DNA of 32,851 bases from a virus (taxonomy: Duplodnaviria > Caudoviricetes), in the IMG/VR virus record IMGVR_UViG_3300049042_000245, positions 1 to 32,851 of that record; one strand, given 5' to 3'. Below the pieces are notes generated by a model. The model was not told where the DNA came from, did no database searches, and worked only from the letters and a program-made list of their open reading frames with translations. Shown piece by piece: positions 23,641 to 32,851 of the stretch (position 1 is the first letter of the stretch; the number at the start of each line of letters is the position of its first letter). A program made the position numbers and the translations under genes.

Positions 23641-24768
23641 CTAGCCCAACACCCGAACTGCTCGCATCGGGTCAAGCGTCTTAACACCAAACAAAATGTC
23701 AAGCGAAACAATGTTCTTCTTCGTGGTGCTGTTGTAGTCGTAAACAGCGCGAAGGCCGAGCCCCTGATAGTCGACCACCTCAGCCTGAACGCCACCCATC
23801 GGCATGGCAAGGGGACGGCTCACGAACGCGAACGCGTTCCGATGAAATGCGAGGTTGGCGACATGACCGGCAACACGCGTGACAACCGCATTGTCAGCAA
23901 ACCCACCGGCAGGCGCGGCAGGCTGGAACGAGATGGTCACAGCATTAGCCGCTGCAGTCGCATTGGCGGCAACCACATACTGCTGAGTATGACCGGCGAT
24001 GGTGAACAGAGACCCGTCATTCCAGGTTCCGGTAACGGTCGTGCCATCAATGGTCATGCTCGTAGCACCCGCGGCCACAGCACCCTGAATAGCGAACGTG
24101 CCAGTATTGGCAATGGTGCCGATGCTGTGAGTCGCAACGTTGTTGCCGGTGTAGAAATCAAAACCGAACTTGCGGCCGATAGCAGCCTCGTTCAACGCGT
24201 CTGCGTTAGCAACAGGATTCCACTGCAGGTTAGTGAACGCTTCCTGCTGCAGGATCTTCGCGTCAGCCGCAGGGCCGACCACGAAACGCCGGTCCATCAT
24301 CGGGACGTTATGCGAATTGAGGACCTGCCGAGCTCCGGTGATATCAGCAACAGTGCCAGGCGTGGTGCCCGCAGTGCCATAGGACTCGTACACGTCGGCA
24401 TAGAGGCCGAGCAGGAGTTGGTCGATGTTCTGCGCGTGCGCTTCCATGGCCGGGGCGATGAACTGCGCCGAGAAATCTTCCACACTAAGAGACATCTCTT
24501 TTGAAGTAACCTCAAAAGAAACGTCATAATGCTTGTCCATGACAACGCTAGTGGACGATTCCGTAGCGTTTTGAATCGAGATGGAACCGGCAGTGCCGAA
24601 GTCCTGCGCGGTGAACGTCGCAGGCTTGCGGATGGTCAGCGTGTCGCCAATCTGGGCGAATTCTGCCGAATAGTCACGGTGAACAAGCGGCAGCATAACG
24701 GTCTGCGCGTAAAGCGTGGCGAGAGCTTCACGGGCAATAATGCTGGGAGTGAGCAGGGTGTTAGCCAT
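23641..24768 (-). CDS. Major capsid protein (P22 coat-like, with I-domain)
   Basis: MANTLLTPSIIAREAL, GDTLTIRKP, NLAFHRNAFAFVSRPL, LDILFGVKTL. Confidence 0.92.
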   Translation of the reverse strand: MANTLLTPSIIAREALATLYAQTVMLPLVHRDYSAEFAQIGDTLTIRKPATFTAQDFGTAGSISIQNATESSTSVVMDKHYDVSFEVTSKEMSLSVEDFSAQFIAPAMEAHAQNIDQLLLGLYADVYESYGTAGTTPGTVADITGARQVLNSHNVPMMDRRFVVGPAADAKILQQEAFTNLQWNPVANADALNEAAIGRKFGFDFYTGNNVATHSIGTIANTGTFAIQGAVAAGATSMTIDGTTVTGTWNDGSLFTIAGHTQQYVVAANATAAANAVTISFQPAAPAGGFADNAVVTRVAGHVANLAFHRNAFAFVSRPLAMPMGGVQAEVVDYQGLGLRAVYDYNSTTKKNIVSLDILFGVKTLDPMRAVRVLG

Positions 24769-24782
24769 CTAACAAAGCCTTT

Positions 24783-25337
24783 CTAAGGTTTGCGCTTTCG
24801 TTGCGCCATATAGGTTTCCATGTCAACCGTGGAAAGATCCGGTGACGGATTACGTGAACCACCATCAACCGAAGATTCAAACCGTGGAGCCTTGAGGAAC
24901 GGCTTGGATTTGACGAGATCCTTAAGCCTTTCCTCAATACCGATAGGTTCGTCATCTTCGTCAAATTCGACAGACCCCAGCAAAGCCAGTGCAACGTCAG
25001 CGTCAATGATCCCAAGCCGGTTGGACATGGAAACCACCTCAGCTTTCAAAGCCTTAGACCGCACTTTAGCGGCAAGAGCAGCAGCCCTAGCCTCAGCCTC
25101 AGCAGCCTTACTCGACAGCTTCTCTGTCTCGCTTCTGGTGCTTTCAACGATCTTGTCGTATTCAATGGCCTTAGATTGCAGATCCTTATAGTCAGCAAAC
25201 TTGGCGCGTTCACGCTTCAGACGCTCAGAGATAACCCGGTCCAATTCATCCTGAGATGAGATGGCACGGAAAGCAGAAACAACCGGCGTTGCCTCCTGCT
25301 CATCTTCGGTTACCTCTAGTGCTTCTTCTTCGCTCAT
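24783..25337 (-). CDS. Scaffolding protein
   Basis: SQDELDRVISERLKRERAKFADYKDL...SETEK; directly upstream of the capsid gene. Confidence 0.85.
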   Translation of the reverse strand: MSEEEALEVTEDEQEATPVVSAFRAISSQDELDRVISERLKRERAKFADYKDLQSKAIEYDKIVESTRSETEKLSSKAAEAEARAAALAAKVRSKALKAEVVSMSNRLGIIDADVALALLGSVEFDEDDEPIGIEERLKDLVKSKPFLKAPRFESSVDGGSRNPSPDLSTVDMETYMAQRKRKP

Positions 25338-25391
25338 GATCTCCCCAAAGCCGTGCTAAAGGCGCAGCACGTAAACGCCCACCCGAAGGTG

Positions 25392-25700
25392 TCAAACAAC
25401 ATTAGACGCAATCACAAGAAGTGAAGCCTCGTCAACACCTACCACATTACCGCCAACGTTCAAAGTTTCGGCGCGTACCGTCCATTTGCCAGCAATGCCA
25501 GCATCAAACGTCAAAGTATAAACCTGTCCTGCCGTGGTTTCGGCCACAGCAGAACTAGCACCCAGGGTGTAAACAGTTACCGTGCCGTCAGGATCTTTGA
25601 CCCGGAACCGCACACCGGCAGGGTTAGCAGCACCTCCCGTGTCGTTAAGAGCAGTCAGTCGGTAACGGGCATCCTGACCGATATAAATTGTTGCGCTCAT
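25392..25700 (-). CDS. Small Ig-like virion protein
   Basis: IYIGQD...VKDPDG...AGKWTVR beta-strand pattern. Confidence 0.6.
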   Translation of the reverse strand: MSATIYIGQDARYRLTALNDTGGAANPAGVRFRVKDPDGTVTVYTLGASSAVAETTAGQVYTLTFDAGIAGKWTVRAETLNVGGNVVGVDEASLLVIASNVV

Positions 25701-25708
25701 CCAAGCCC

Positions 25709-27511
25709 CTAGCTAGGCGTAGTCAGGTCAAGAGACAGCGACGGATTAGCAGCCGCCAATACCGGCGAAACCGTGGCAAGATCCAACGACATCAGGCTAT
25801 CAAGCCTCGACAATGTCAATGCGACAGGCCCATAGTCAATGCCGATAGCGGGCCCGTAGACGGCAGCCACAGCCGCCACAACCGACACAGGCAACGCCAA
25901 CGGTGCAGACACCACAGGAGACGCCACAACAGCCGCAACGGACACCGTGGCAGGCTCTGCCGTGGCAGACCATACCAATACCGGCGAACCGACCACAGCC
26001 GCAGCAGACACGGTCACAGCCGCCACGTCAGCCGTCGCCGATGTCGTGCCGTCATACACAGCAGACACAGCGGAAACAGCGGACGGATTAAGCGTTACCG
26101 GGATAGACGGGCCAGGCACGGACACGGTACCGGCAACCGTTACAGCAGCTATCCGATTGTCGTAAAACTCGAACAACCGCCAAATATCTGCAGAGCTCAG
26201 AGCAGACGCGAACGTCGCAGCGGGCATTTCGGACTCGGCATCAAGATCAGCATTTGCCGCTAAAGCGGCATCGTTCGCGAACCGCAAAATCGTCCCGGTC
26301 TGATCGTTAGCCGGTCTTGTCGATGCAGTACCCAACGTCACGCCGGAGGCATTAGCTGCGAACACCCGACAGGTACTGCCCGACAGGATCACCCCCACAA
26401 CGTTCCGGTCTCCCAGGCTGATAGACACCGTTGACGTTGTCACTGTCGTGGTGCCATCGGAAACCAGAGCCCTAACCGTCGATGCGCCAGCCAATTCAAG
26501 ACGGATGCCTTTATCCGTGGCAGTTGACCTAGTCGTCCATATGCAGTTCGTGGCAACCTGCTGCGTGTGCGGACGGAACACTGTGGCAATGGTGCAGCTA
26601 GCCCCAGCCGCAGCAGACGGAACCGGGGCAGTTGAAGGCTGTGCGTAATCATCGGTGCCAGTAACGATGAGCGACCTAGTCGCATTCGCGGCAGGCGACA
26701 AGACGACGGTCTTAACCGTCGAACTGTTGCGTTGAATCTGCCACGTTAAACCCGACACAGCATCTACGTAGCTGGTTTGCGTTTGCAGGTCTGCATCCCA
26801 AGTAACCGCAGCAGAACCGCCAATAGTTGTAGCAGCCGAAAACCAACGCCAAACCGAGCCATCGTCTTGGTTAGTTGTGCCCGACGACAAGCCACCCAAC
26901 GAAATCAACGTAGACAACGCTCGCACCGAAGCCGTCGTAGTCCTCGTTGTGCCTAGCTGCGCCCAACCCGTATGGGAAGCACCATCCGTAGCGGCATCCC
27001 CATACGTGGTTGACTTGGTAAAAAACTTGACTTCGTTCAAAACGTCGCTGTAGGTGACGCGAATCAATTGCAACGAACCATCTGCGAATCCAGTAGATGC
27101 AGAACTGTCAACGTTCGTTACCGTAGTACCGTCACTTAGAGACAGCCGCAACAAACCCGTTGGTTGCACCCAAATATTGCAGTGCATCGTGGAGGCTGTG
27201 GCTGTGCCCTTGCTGCAAACCGCTCGCTGACTGGCGGGAGTCCAATCGGCCATGGCAACGGCTAGCCGGATATCGAGCTCTGCAGCCGAATCCAGCAACG
27301 TGGTATTAGCCGTGATACGGACAGCGTTGGTCGAGGAAGAAAGCCGCATAGACGGCACAGAGCTAACAAGCTTCGGGCTGTTGGCACCTGCACCAAACGT
27401 CAGAGCAGACGCGCTGTTAGGCGAGCAGTCCGCTATGGCGGTAGTGCTGCCTCCAAGTGTCGCGTCATACCAGGCGTCCGGCGATAGATCGTTAGGGCTC
27501 CAATCGGGCAT
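25709..27511 (-). CDS. Fibre-like virion protein with LamG/ConA-like domains and Val/Ala/Pro repeats
   Basis: 600 aa, Ser/Thr/Ala-rich; AWYDA, LRLSLSDG, FASALSSADI; C-terminal VxxVxAxxxVxxP-type repeats. Confidence 0.65.
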   Translation of the reverse strand: MPDWSPNDLSPDAWYDATLGGSTTAIADCSPNSASALTFGAGANSPKLVSSVPSMRLSSSTNAVRITANTTLLDSAAELDIRLAVAMADWTPASQRAVCSKGTATASTMHCNIWVQPTGLLRLSLSDGTTVTNVDSSASTGFADGSLQLIRVTYSDVLNEVKFFTKSTTYGDAATDGASHTGWAQLGTTRTTTASVRALSTLISLGGLSSGTTNQDDGSVWRWFSAATTIGGSAAVTWDADLQTQTSYVDAVSGLTWQIQRNSSTVKTVVLSPAANATRSLIVTGTDDYAQPSTAPVPSAAAGASCTIATVFRPHTQQVATNCIWTTRSTATDKGIRLELAGASTVRALVSDGTTTVTTSTVSISLGDRNVVGVILSGSTCRVFAANASGVTLGTASTRPANDQTGTILRFANDAALAANADLDAESEMPAATFASALSSADIWRLFEFYDNRIAAVTVAGTVSVPGPSIPVTLNPSAVSAVSAVYDGTTSATADVAAVTVSAAAVVGSPVLVWSATAEPATVSVAAVVASPVVSAPLALPVSVVAAVAAVYGPAIGIDYGPVALTLSRLDSLMSLDLATVSPVLAAANPSLSLDLTTPS

Positions 27512-27520
27512 GGGGCCCTA

Positions 27521-27958
27521 TCACGGAGTCAGGTCGACAGAGAAGATGCCACCTGCAGCCCATTGGATAGTGAGCACCCCAGAGGACACACTGTAGTCAG
27601 ATCCGAAATTGACGAGACACAGCATCGGGCTAGCTGTTGGCGTGGTAATTGTCGCGTCGTAAATCCTGCAGGCGCGTATACCCGACATGGTCTGAGAGCC
27701 CCAAGCTGTATCGGCAGCGTCGAAAACCAGAGACCCAGACGATACGGTCAAAGTTGGCGAAGTCAACGCAACACCACCCGAAGGGGTGCCCACCTCGTTC
27801 GTGCTGTTCCAGCCGGTGTCGGTATCAAAATTAGGGGTATGAGTGTTGTTGATTAGAGCAGCCTTGATGGTGTCAGCCAACACGTCAATAGCTGTGTCGT
27901 TGCCGAGAATGTCCTTAAACGTCAGGCAATACAGGCCGGATGCGGTAATAGCCATCAA
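27521..27958 (-). CDS. Putative virion structural protein
   Basis: DTIKAALIN...NEVG..GGVAL...FDAAD..W...IQWAAGGIF; beta-rich. Confidence 0.65.
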   Translation of the reverse strand: MMAITASGLYCLTFKDILGNDTAIDVLADTIKAALINNTHTPNFDTDTGWNSTNEVGTPSGGVALTSPTLTVSSGSLVFDAADTAWGSQTMSGIRACRIYDATITTPTASPMLCLVNFGSDYSVSSGVLTIQWAAGGIFSVDLTP

Positions 27959-28164
27959 ATACCTTCCTCGATGGACACGAAATCACGGGTTTCGGCGGCA
28001 GAAAGCCGGTAAGCCTTTCGGGCGGCATGACAGATTTCGCCCAGGGATTCCGCCACCGTCCGCAGATTTGCTGCGTTCGGCCCGTCGATTCCATCCCTGT
28101 AATCCTGGCAGGCAGTCGCATAGGCAGCCTCCGCCATCTCCATAGCCGTAACGAGCTCTTGCAC
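27955..28164 (-). CDS. Hypothetical protein
   Basis: AAAGGA RBS; overlap with the next gene. Confidence 0.65.
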   Translation of the reverse strand: MQELVTAMEMAEAAYATACQDYRDGIDGPNAANLRTVAESLGEICHAARKAYRLSAAETRDFVSIEEGI

Positions 28165-28166
28165 GG

Positions 28167-28361
28167 TTATCCTTTCAAGCTCGGGTTAACAGTCACCGAC
28201 GGTGCGGTAACTGTCGCGTCGACACGTCCCGACCAATGCTCGGTTTGGAACCCTGCCGGTTTACCGGTGTCATCGTTAACCACAGGCGTAACCTTGTTAG
28301 TGCCCTTGTGACGAGAAAACGACAATGAACGCAGTTTCTCTACATAATCAAAGTCTGTCAA
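28167..28361 (-). CDS. Hypothetical protein
   Basis: Short overlap with the upstream gene; TEHWSGRVDATV. Confidence 0.65.
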   Translation of the reverse strand: MTDFDYVEKLRSLSFSRHKGTNKVTPVVNDDTGKPAGFQTEHWSGRVDATVTAPSVTVNPSLKG

Positions 28362-29349
28362 AGTTGTTGCCTTTCTTCACGAGAACGGGGCCGAGTTCAC
28401 CGTGCTGCCGTACCGCCACAAGATCACGATAGCCCTTCTCAGGGTCTGCCATACGCTCTTTAAACACGGCATAATCTGCCTTGCGTTCATCAAGCTTTTT
28501 AACGGCTTCTTTCTTGCGCTCGTTCCAGCTATCTACACGATCTTCGAGCCTGACCATACGCTTGGCGTCTTGTTCGCTGGCAATCTCGGCGCGAAGTTCG
28601 GATAGCCGTTCCTCGGCCAAAGCAACAGACTTCTTAGACCTGCGTATAGCCGACTGATACGACAGCGACCCAGCTTTACCGGATTCTTTTAACTGTCTAA
28701 GGGCATCCTTGTCGATGACTCTGCCAGGGTCAACGTTACCGACTATTGGCAAAGGTGGCAGCGTGCAATGGCAGGACGTGTGCAGCGGCATCAAATCCTG
28801 ATGCCGGTAACGTTGGGTGCAAGCCATGAGACAGTAATTGCAGGCATTGCCGCTAGGCAGCCGCCGGTAACCCTGGATACGTGATCTTGGGGAAGAAGCG
28901 TATTGTCGTGACGTTTCCCGGCTAGATAGGGCAATGTCTGTGTCAACCGTGGCAGTCAAACGAGATAGCCCGATTTGCATGGCACGCGCGAAGGTCTCCC
29001 CCTCAGACAGTGCCGCTCTGACCGTCACCACAGGCCGCGTGTAAACCTCTGCAGCGGACACCCCAGGACGCGCAGCATCGAGCACCTCGGGGATGCTGAC
29101 ACCGGACCCGATGGCTGGCACCCCTTCGCACTGGGCCAAATAGGCGATGGTGTTACGTGCCGCCACCGTTTGGGCTTGTGTAACCAACCCTGCAGCCTCA
29201 CTAGCAAACGCTTGCATAGCTTCGTCGCCAATGCCCGGCATCTGCTCCCAAAGAGCAGTGACAGCGTTTGTGGTGCTACCTATTAGCCGTATCTGCTGAG
29301 TCTGCACCGAACGCCCCAACCTCACCATCCGTTGGGCTGTCAGTACCAT
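28348..29349 (-). CDS. MuF-like minor head / capsid maturation protein
   Basis: GYRRLPSGNACNYC...PLHTSCHC...HGELGPVL; GGAG 7 nt before ATG 29349; overlaps the portal 3' end by 74 bp. Confidence 0.75.
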   Translation of the reverse strand: MVLTAQRMVRLGRSVQTQQIRLIGSTTNAVTALWEQMPGIGDEAMQAFASEAAGLVTQAQTVAARNTIAYLAQCEGVPAIGSGVSIPEVLDAARPGVSAAEVYTRPVVTVRAALSEGETFARAMQIGLSRLTATVDTDIALSSRETSRQYASSPRSRIQGYRRLPSGNACNYCLMACTQRYRHQDLMPLHTSCHCTLPPLPIVGNVDPGRVIDKDALRQLKESGKAGSLSYQSAIRRSKKSVALAEERLSELRAEIASEQDAKRMVRLEDRVDSWNERKKEAVKKLDERKADYAVFKERMADPEKGYRDLVAVRQHGELGPVLVKKGNNFDRL

Positions 29350-30691
29350 TGTCCGGCTCCGCTGTTCCACTGGTAATCACAATATTTGACGGCTGCCCCA
29401 TGGATGCCTGCAAAGCTTCTTCCGCGGCAAACATGGTCATACGCTCTATCTGCTCTTGGCTGTAGCCGGCATCCTCCCACAATTGCCGGATCGGCACGCC
29501 CAAAGTACGGAGCTTCAACAATGCGTCTACATGCTCTGCCTCGGTGCGGGATTCGGGATCTGCCCAAATGGTTTCAGCCCGGTAATACGCGGCACGTTCC
29601 GCGTCGCCTTCCACCGCGAAAGCAAGCCGCATAACTTCCTCCCAGGATTCCCCAAAGTGACGCATACGGCTTTTGGTCTTAGCGATCAAACCGGTTTCCG
29701 TGGCTTTAAGACTTTCACCGGACGGGAAAGAACCGGATTGTCCGAGCAGATAGTGCGGGGGGGTACGAGTGCGACTAGCTACCGACTGGATACGGTTTTC
29801 GAGCAGGCGCACATAGTTACTCAGGTCGGTCGCGTCGAAGGCACCAAACTTGGAGTCTGGGTCAGGCGCGATCAAGATGCGGTTAGATCCTGTCTCCCAA
29901 GGGTTAACCGGCTTCTTAGTGGTTTCGTCTAGCTCGACTTCCACGCCAGTAGCCCAACGCTGACGGTATGCAGCGAATTCGCTAGCAACGATAGCATCAC
30001 AAAGAATCTTGTTGATCTGGTCTTGTGTTGACAGGATGTCAAAGATTTCCGAGCGGTAGCTGTGGGGCATGGTGCGCGGTCTGTTGTAGAACGGCACCAC
30101 ATTGACGACACCCAAAGGGTTTGGGATGGTTTCGAGCTCCTCAAGTTTGCCGCCTTTCCGACGGAACTTGAACACGTTGTCTGCAGTGTAAAGATTCAGG
30201 TATTCGTCAGAAGTCCAGTCATCCGACCATTTCTTCAACGCATACTGCCGATGCCGACGCGAACCCGGGTACAGCGACACGTATACCTGTGTTGGGTCCT
30301 CCACGGTGATTACCGGTTCCGCACCCGTGCCGGTGTCCTGACCCCAGACCATCACGAACCCAAGCCCGGCGACCAACGTCTCAGTATGCAGGAGTTCAGA
30401 ATCGGAATCTAGGAAACATTCCTGCCAGATATCCCAGGCTTCCGAATCGGCTTTGCCGTCCTTGGAGAACCTGAAACCTTCAACGTGCATTCTTTCCGAC
30501 ACAGCATCAACAACAATTGGGCACCAATTGTCGCAAACCTCGCGAAGCATTTGGTCAAATTCTTCGCGATACTTGGAGGTTGCAAAACTGAGCTTATGTT
30601 TGCCGTCGTAATAGTCACGATATTTGGCAATATCTGCGGACTGCTTGGTCAACTTAACTTCAAGATCGCCAATAAGCTTGGGAATATCCAC
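29276..30691 (-). CDS. Portal protein (SPP1 gp6-like)
   Basis: YYDGKH, NWCPIVVDAVSER, NPLGVVNVVPF, PSGESLKATETGL. Confidence 0.93.
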   Translation of the reverse strand: MDIPKLIGDLEVKLTKQSADIAKYRDYYDGKHKLSFATSKYREEFDQMLREVCDNWCPIVVDAVSERMHVEGFRFSKDGKADSEAWDIWQECFLDSDSELLHTETLVAGLGFVMVWGQDTGTGAEPVITVEDPTQVYVSLYPGSRRHRQYALKKWSDDWTSDEYLNLYTADNVFKFRRKGGKLEELETIPNPLGVVNVVPFYNRPRTMPHSYRSEIFDILSTQDQINKILCDAIVASEFAAYRQRWATGVEVELDETTKKPVNPWETGSNRILIAPDPDSKFGAFDATDLSNYVRLLENRIQSVASRTRTPPHYLLGQSGSFPSGESLKATETGLIAKTKSRMRHFGESWEEVMRLAFAVEGDAERAAYYRAETIWADPESRTEAEHVDALLKLRTLGVPIRQLWEDAGYSQEQIERMTMFAAEEALQASMGQPSNIVITSGTAEPDNGTDSPTDGEVGAFGADSADTANR

Positions 30692-30708
30692 CTTATGACT
30701 ACTTCCTG

Positions 30709-32337
30709 TTAGAAGGCGTAAACCTTACCGCTACGCTTCTTGACGTTCTGAGCGCCACCGCGGATAGCGTCAACCCGAGCCTCATAAGCCAGCACCGAAG
30801 CAACACAAGCGTCAACCTTGTTGCGCGACCCTTGACGTTCCTTAGTCGGCACCCAACCATAACCGCCGGTTTCTTTATCAACAATGATTCTAGTAGAACG
30901 CTTATGAGCGTTAACCACCTGCCTGGTGAAATCATCGTCTGCAGCGTGCCGCCACGTTTTCGTAGCGATCCCCTCAGCCCAACGGTGAGTAGCCCAAGAC
31001 ATCGCAAGATCCCGGTTGGTCCACCAACTAACAACCGTGCTGCTGCCGTAATCCCCTTGCCAACGTGCTATCTGGTCACCCCAATGGGGAGGATCGCAGT
31101 ACATCCGCACAATCCTAAACCGGCATGACAGATCGAAAATCACCCGGTCAACCTCGGCGCGCAACGCGTTAACGCCTTCCTCGGTGCCGTCCGGGTAGTG
31201 GATCAAGGCAGGCCATTGGTAGCCGTCGCTCAAACAAGACACGATGACAGCGGTTGAATCGTCATAAAGCGACCCGTCGAACCCCACACAGATGGGCTCT
31301 CCTGGCTCTATCGGCCGGTCAACCTCGATAGCTGCCCAATCGTCTGGGTCTATAGCTCGTTTCTCGCTAACCGCTCGCTTGTTCCACCAATAACGTACGG
31401 CAGCCTCTCTGCTGCGCTTGAACCGCCGGAAAATACGAAATTCATCCAACCAATACGCGTCACCTTTAGCGTCCTGGATTCCGAGCAGAATGTCGGAATC
31501 AAGCTTAGGGTTTAGCGGACGTTCACGCCCCAAAGTCTCATCAAACACAGAGTCTCTAGCCGAACGAATATCAAACAGGATGCCTGACTCCGGATCTTCT
31601 TCCCATCGCTTGTAATCCGCTTCAAGTACCGACCCGTCACCAACACCAAACATGGTCGAGACTTTCAGGCCGTGCGGATCGTTACTGCCAAGCTTCGCAA
31701 GGTTGTAGTCAAGCACCCTGTCAAGTTCGACAAGTTCAGGCAACACCCATAAATGGGTTTCCTCCTCCACAACAAACGTTGGCCTACCACCATCACGGGC
31801 GATGGACGAAGAAGTCACAACCCGAGCGTTGCCGGCCCCGTTCTGCCTGACAACCACCTTGTCTTTAGTGATGTCAAGAGTATGGGCATACGTGCAATGT
31901 TCAGCCACATAATGAAACGAGGACCAAGCCGTTTCTTTGGCCTGATCCTCAGCCGTCGCAGCAAACGGAATATCAGGCGTGCCGCCCATCTCCCAAACCG
32001 ACACAGCAACAGGATTCCCGTAAGCATCCCAACCGCCAAACCGGCTTGGACCAACGAGCTCGCAATGCGTCAACCAAGCCGCAAGTTCCGACTTCCGAGA
32101 GCCTTTCAACCGGCAATAAATCGCCCATTCATACCGGAACTTGCCGACATTAACCACACAATTACAGTGCTTGCGTCCGCAAGGCTCAGCAGGATGCACC
32201 TCATACATCCCATAAACAAACCGTTGTTCTTCGGGGGTCAGCTCAATAGGCCGGCCCGACACAGGCCCAGGACCATGCACAAGCTCAGCCTCGATGAAAT
32301 CGCAGACCACACCCCCAAGAGACGGCCACAAGCCCAC
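30709..32337 (-). CDS. terL: Terminase large subunit
   Basis: RLKGSRKSE (Walker A variant), DGGRPTFVVEEETHLW (Walker B), GFDGSLYDDST and KVDACVA nuclease motifs. Confidence 0.92.
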   Translation of the reverse strand: MGLWPSLGGVVCDFIEAELVHGPGPVSGRPIELTPEEQRFVYGMYEVHPAEPCGRKHCNCVVNVGKFRYEWAIYCRLKGSRKSELAAWLTHCELVGPSRFGGWDAYGNPVAVSVWEMGGTPDIPFAATAEDQAKETAWSSFHYVAEHCTYAHTLDITKDKVVVRQNGAGNARVVTSSSIARDGGRPTFVVEEETHLWVLPELVELDRVLDYNLAKLGSNDPHGLKVSTMFGVGDGSVLEADYKRWEEDPESGILFDIRSARDSVFDETLGRERPLNPKLDSDILLGIQDAKGDAYWLDEFRIFRRFKRSREAAVRYWWNKRAVSEKRAIDPDDWAAIEVDRPIEPGEPICVGFDGSLYDDSTAVIVSCLSDGYQWPALIHYPDGTEEGVNALRAEVDRVIFDLSCRFRIVRMYCDPPHWGDQIARWQGDYGSSTVVSWWTNRDLAMSWATHRWAEGIATKTWRHAADDDFTRQVVNAHKRSTRIIVDKETGGYGWVPTKERQGSRNKVDACVASVLAYEARVDAIRGGAQNVKKRSGKVYAF

Positions 32338-32807
32338 TAGACAGCCCTAGGGTCCGCTCTAACCGACTTCAACGGACGAACAGCAGCAATCTCCCCAGAC
32401 TCCGCAGCAACCTCACCACTGTAACGCCAACGCAACGCAAGCATCGCCTTAGGATTAAGACCCAACTTGTCCTCAATACGCTGCAATTGGTTCAACACAG
32501 CACCGCTAAAATCACCGTTCTTGAACGAAACATAAAGAGTCAACCACTGTTCAACAGCCGAATAATGATCCGTACGGCTCCACTGCGTTGACTGAGGCGA
32601 AGCCCACAACCTCTGCCACGTCTCCACAGCCCACACAGGCCAAACCTGCTGAACATCAACAACCGACCCGTCAGCCTGCTTCAGCTTCTTCACAGGCAAC
32701 ACCGGCAAATCAGGCGCAGGCACCCCATTACGAGCAGGCAAATCCACCCACTCAAACGGCTTCGGATTCCTGTTAGCCCGCTCACTGTCAGGCTTCATAA
32801 GAGACAT
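32337..32807 (-). CDS. terS: Terminase small subunit
   Basis: TWQRLWASPQSTQW...EDKLGLNPKAMLALRW; directly upstream of terL. Confidence 0.85.
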   Translation of the reverse strand: MSLMKPDSERANRNPKPFEWVDLPARNGVPAPDLPVLPVKKLKQADGSVVDVQQVWPVWAVETWQRLWASPQSTQWSRTDHYSAVEQWLTLYVSFKNGDFSGAVLNQLQRIEDKLGLNPKAMLALRWRYSGEVAAESGEIAAVRPLKSVRADPRAV

Positions 32808-32851
32808 TGAAAGAAAACCTTTCCAAAGGTCAGAACTGTACCGTCAACTAG

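Larger units (their letters stand above)
1..32851. mobile_element. Near-complete siphovirus-like phage genome, probably lytic, probably actinobacterial host
   Basis: Full ordered set of terminase, portal, capsid, tail, tape measure, lysin and replication genes. HNH at one end and terS at the other on the same strand. No host housekeeping genes or integrase seen. Confidence 0.93.

Noticed and set aside
14979-32776. Many plus-strand ORFs opposite the structural genes, and minus-strand ORFs opposite 3357-14485
   Set aside because: Shadow ORFs typical of GC-rich DNA, with no motifs and fully overlapping well-supported genes.
1-32851. Integrated prophage or temperate lifestyle
   Set aside because: No integrase, ParA/B, repressor, att site or flanking host genes recognised.

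Overview
The window looks like a complete or nearly complete ~32.9 kb genome of a lytic, siphovirus-like tailed phage. An actinobacterial host is likely, based on GC-rich sequence, leaderless sigma70-type promoters and actinophage-type gene families. It reads in reverse virion orientation. The minus strand carries terS, terL, portal, head, tail and endolysin genes (32807 to 14569) and a short arm with holin, GH26 glycosidase and HNH (2643 to 45), which would join terS across the window ends. The plus strand carries a replication/recombination block (Cas4-like nuclease, PDF-motif protein, DnaB-like helicase, AEP primase, RuvC-like resolvase, dCTP deaminase), an AT-rich repeat-flanked insert with an orphan DpdA/TGT-like gene, and a 4.3 kb array of promoter-gene-terminator cassettes. 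Eight promoters share TTGAC-N3-AGTAGTC, four drive leaderless mRNAs, and one drives an apparently non-coding hairpin RNA opposed by a convergent promoter. A palindrome-rich, origin-like region lies at about 2690-2945. I recognised no integrase, repressor, DNA polymerase, tRNA or CRISPR array. All family calls come from reading motifs by eye, not from database searches.
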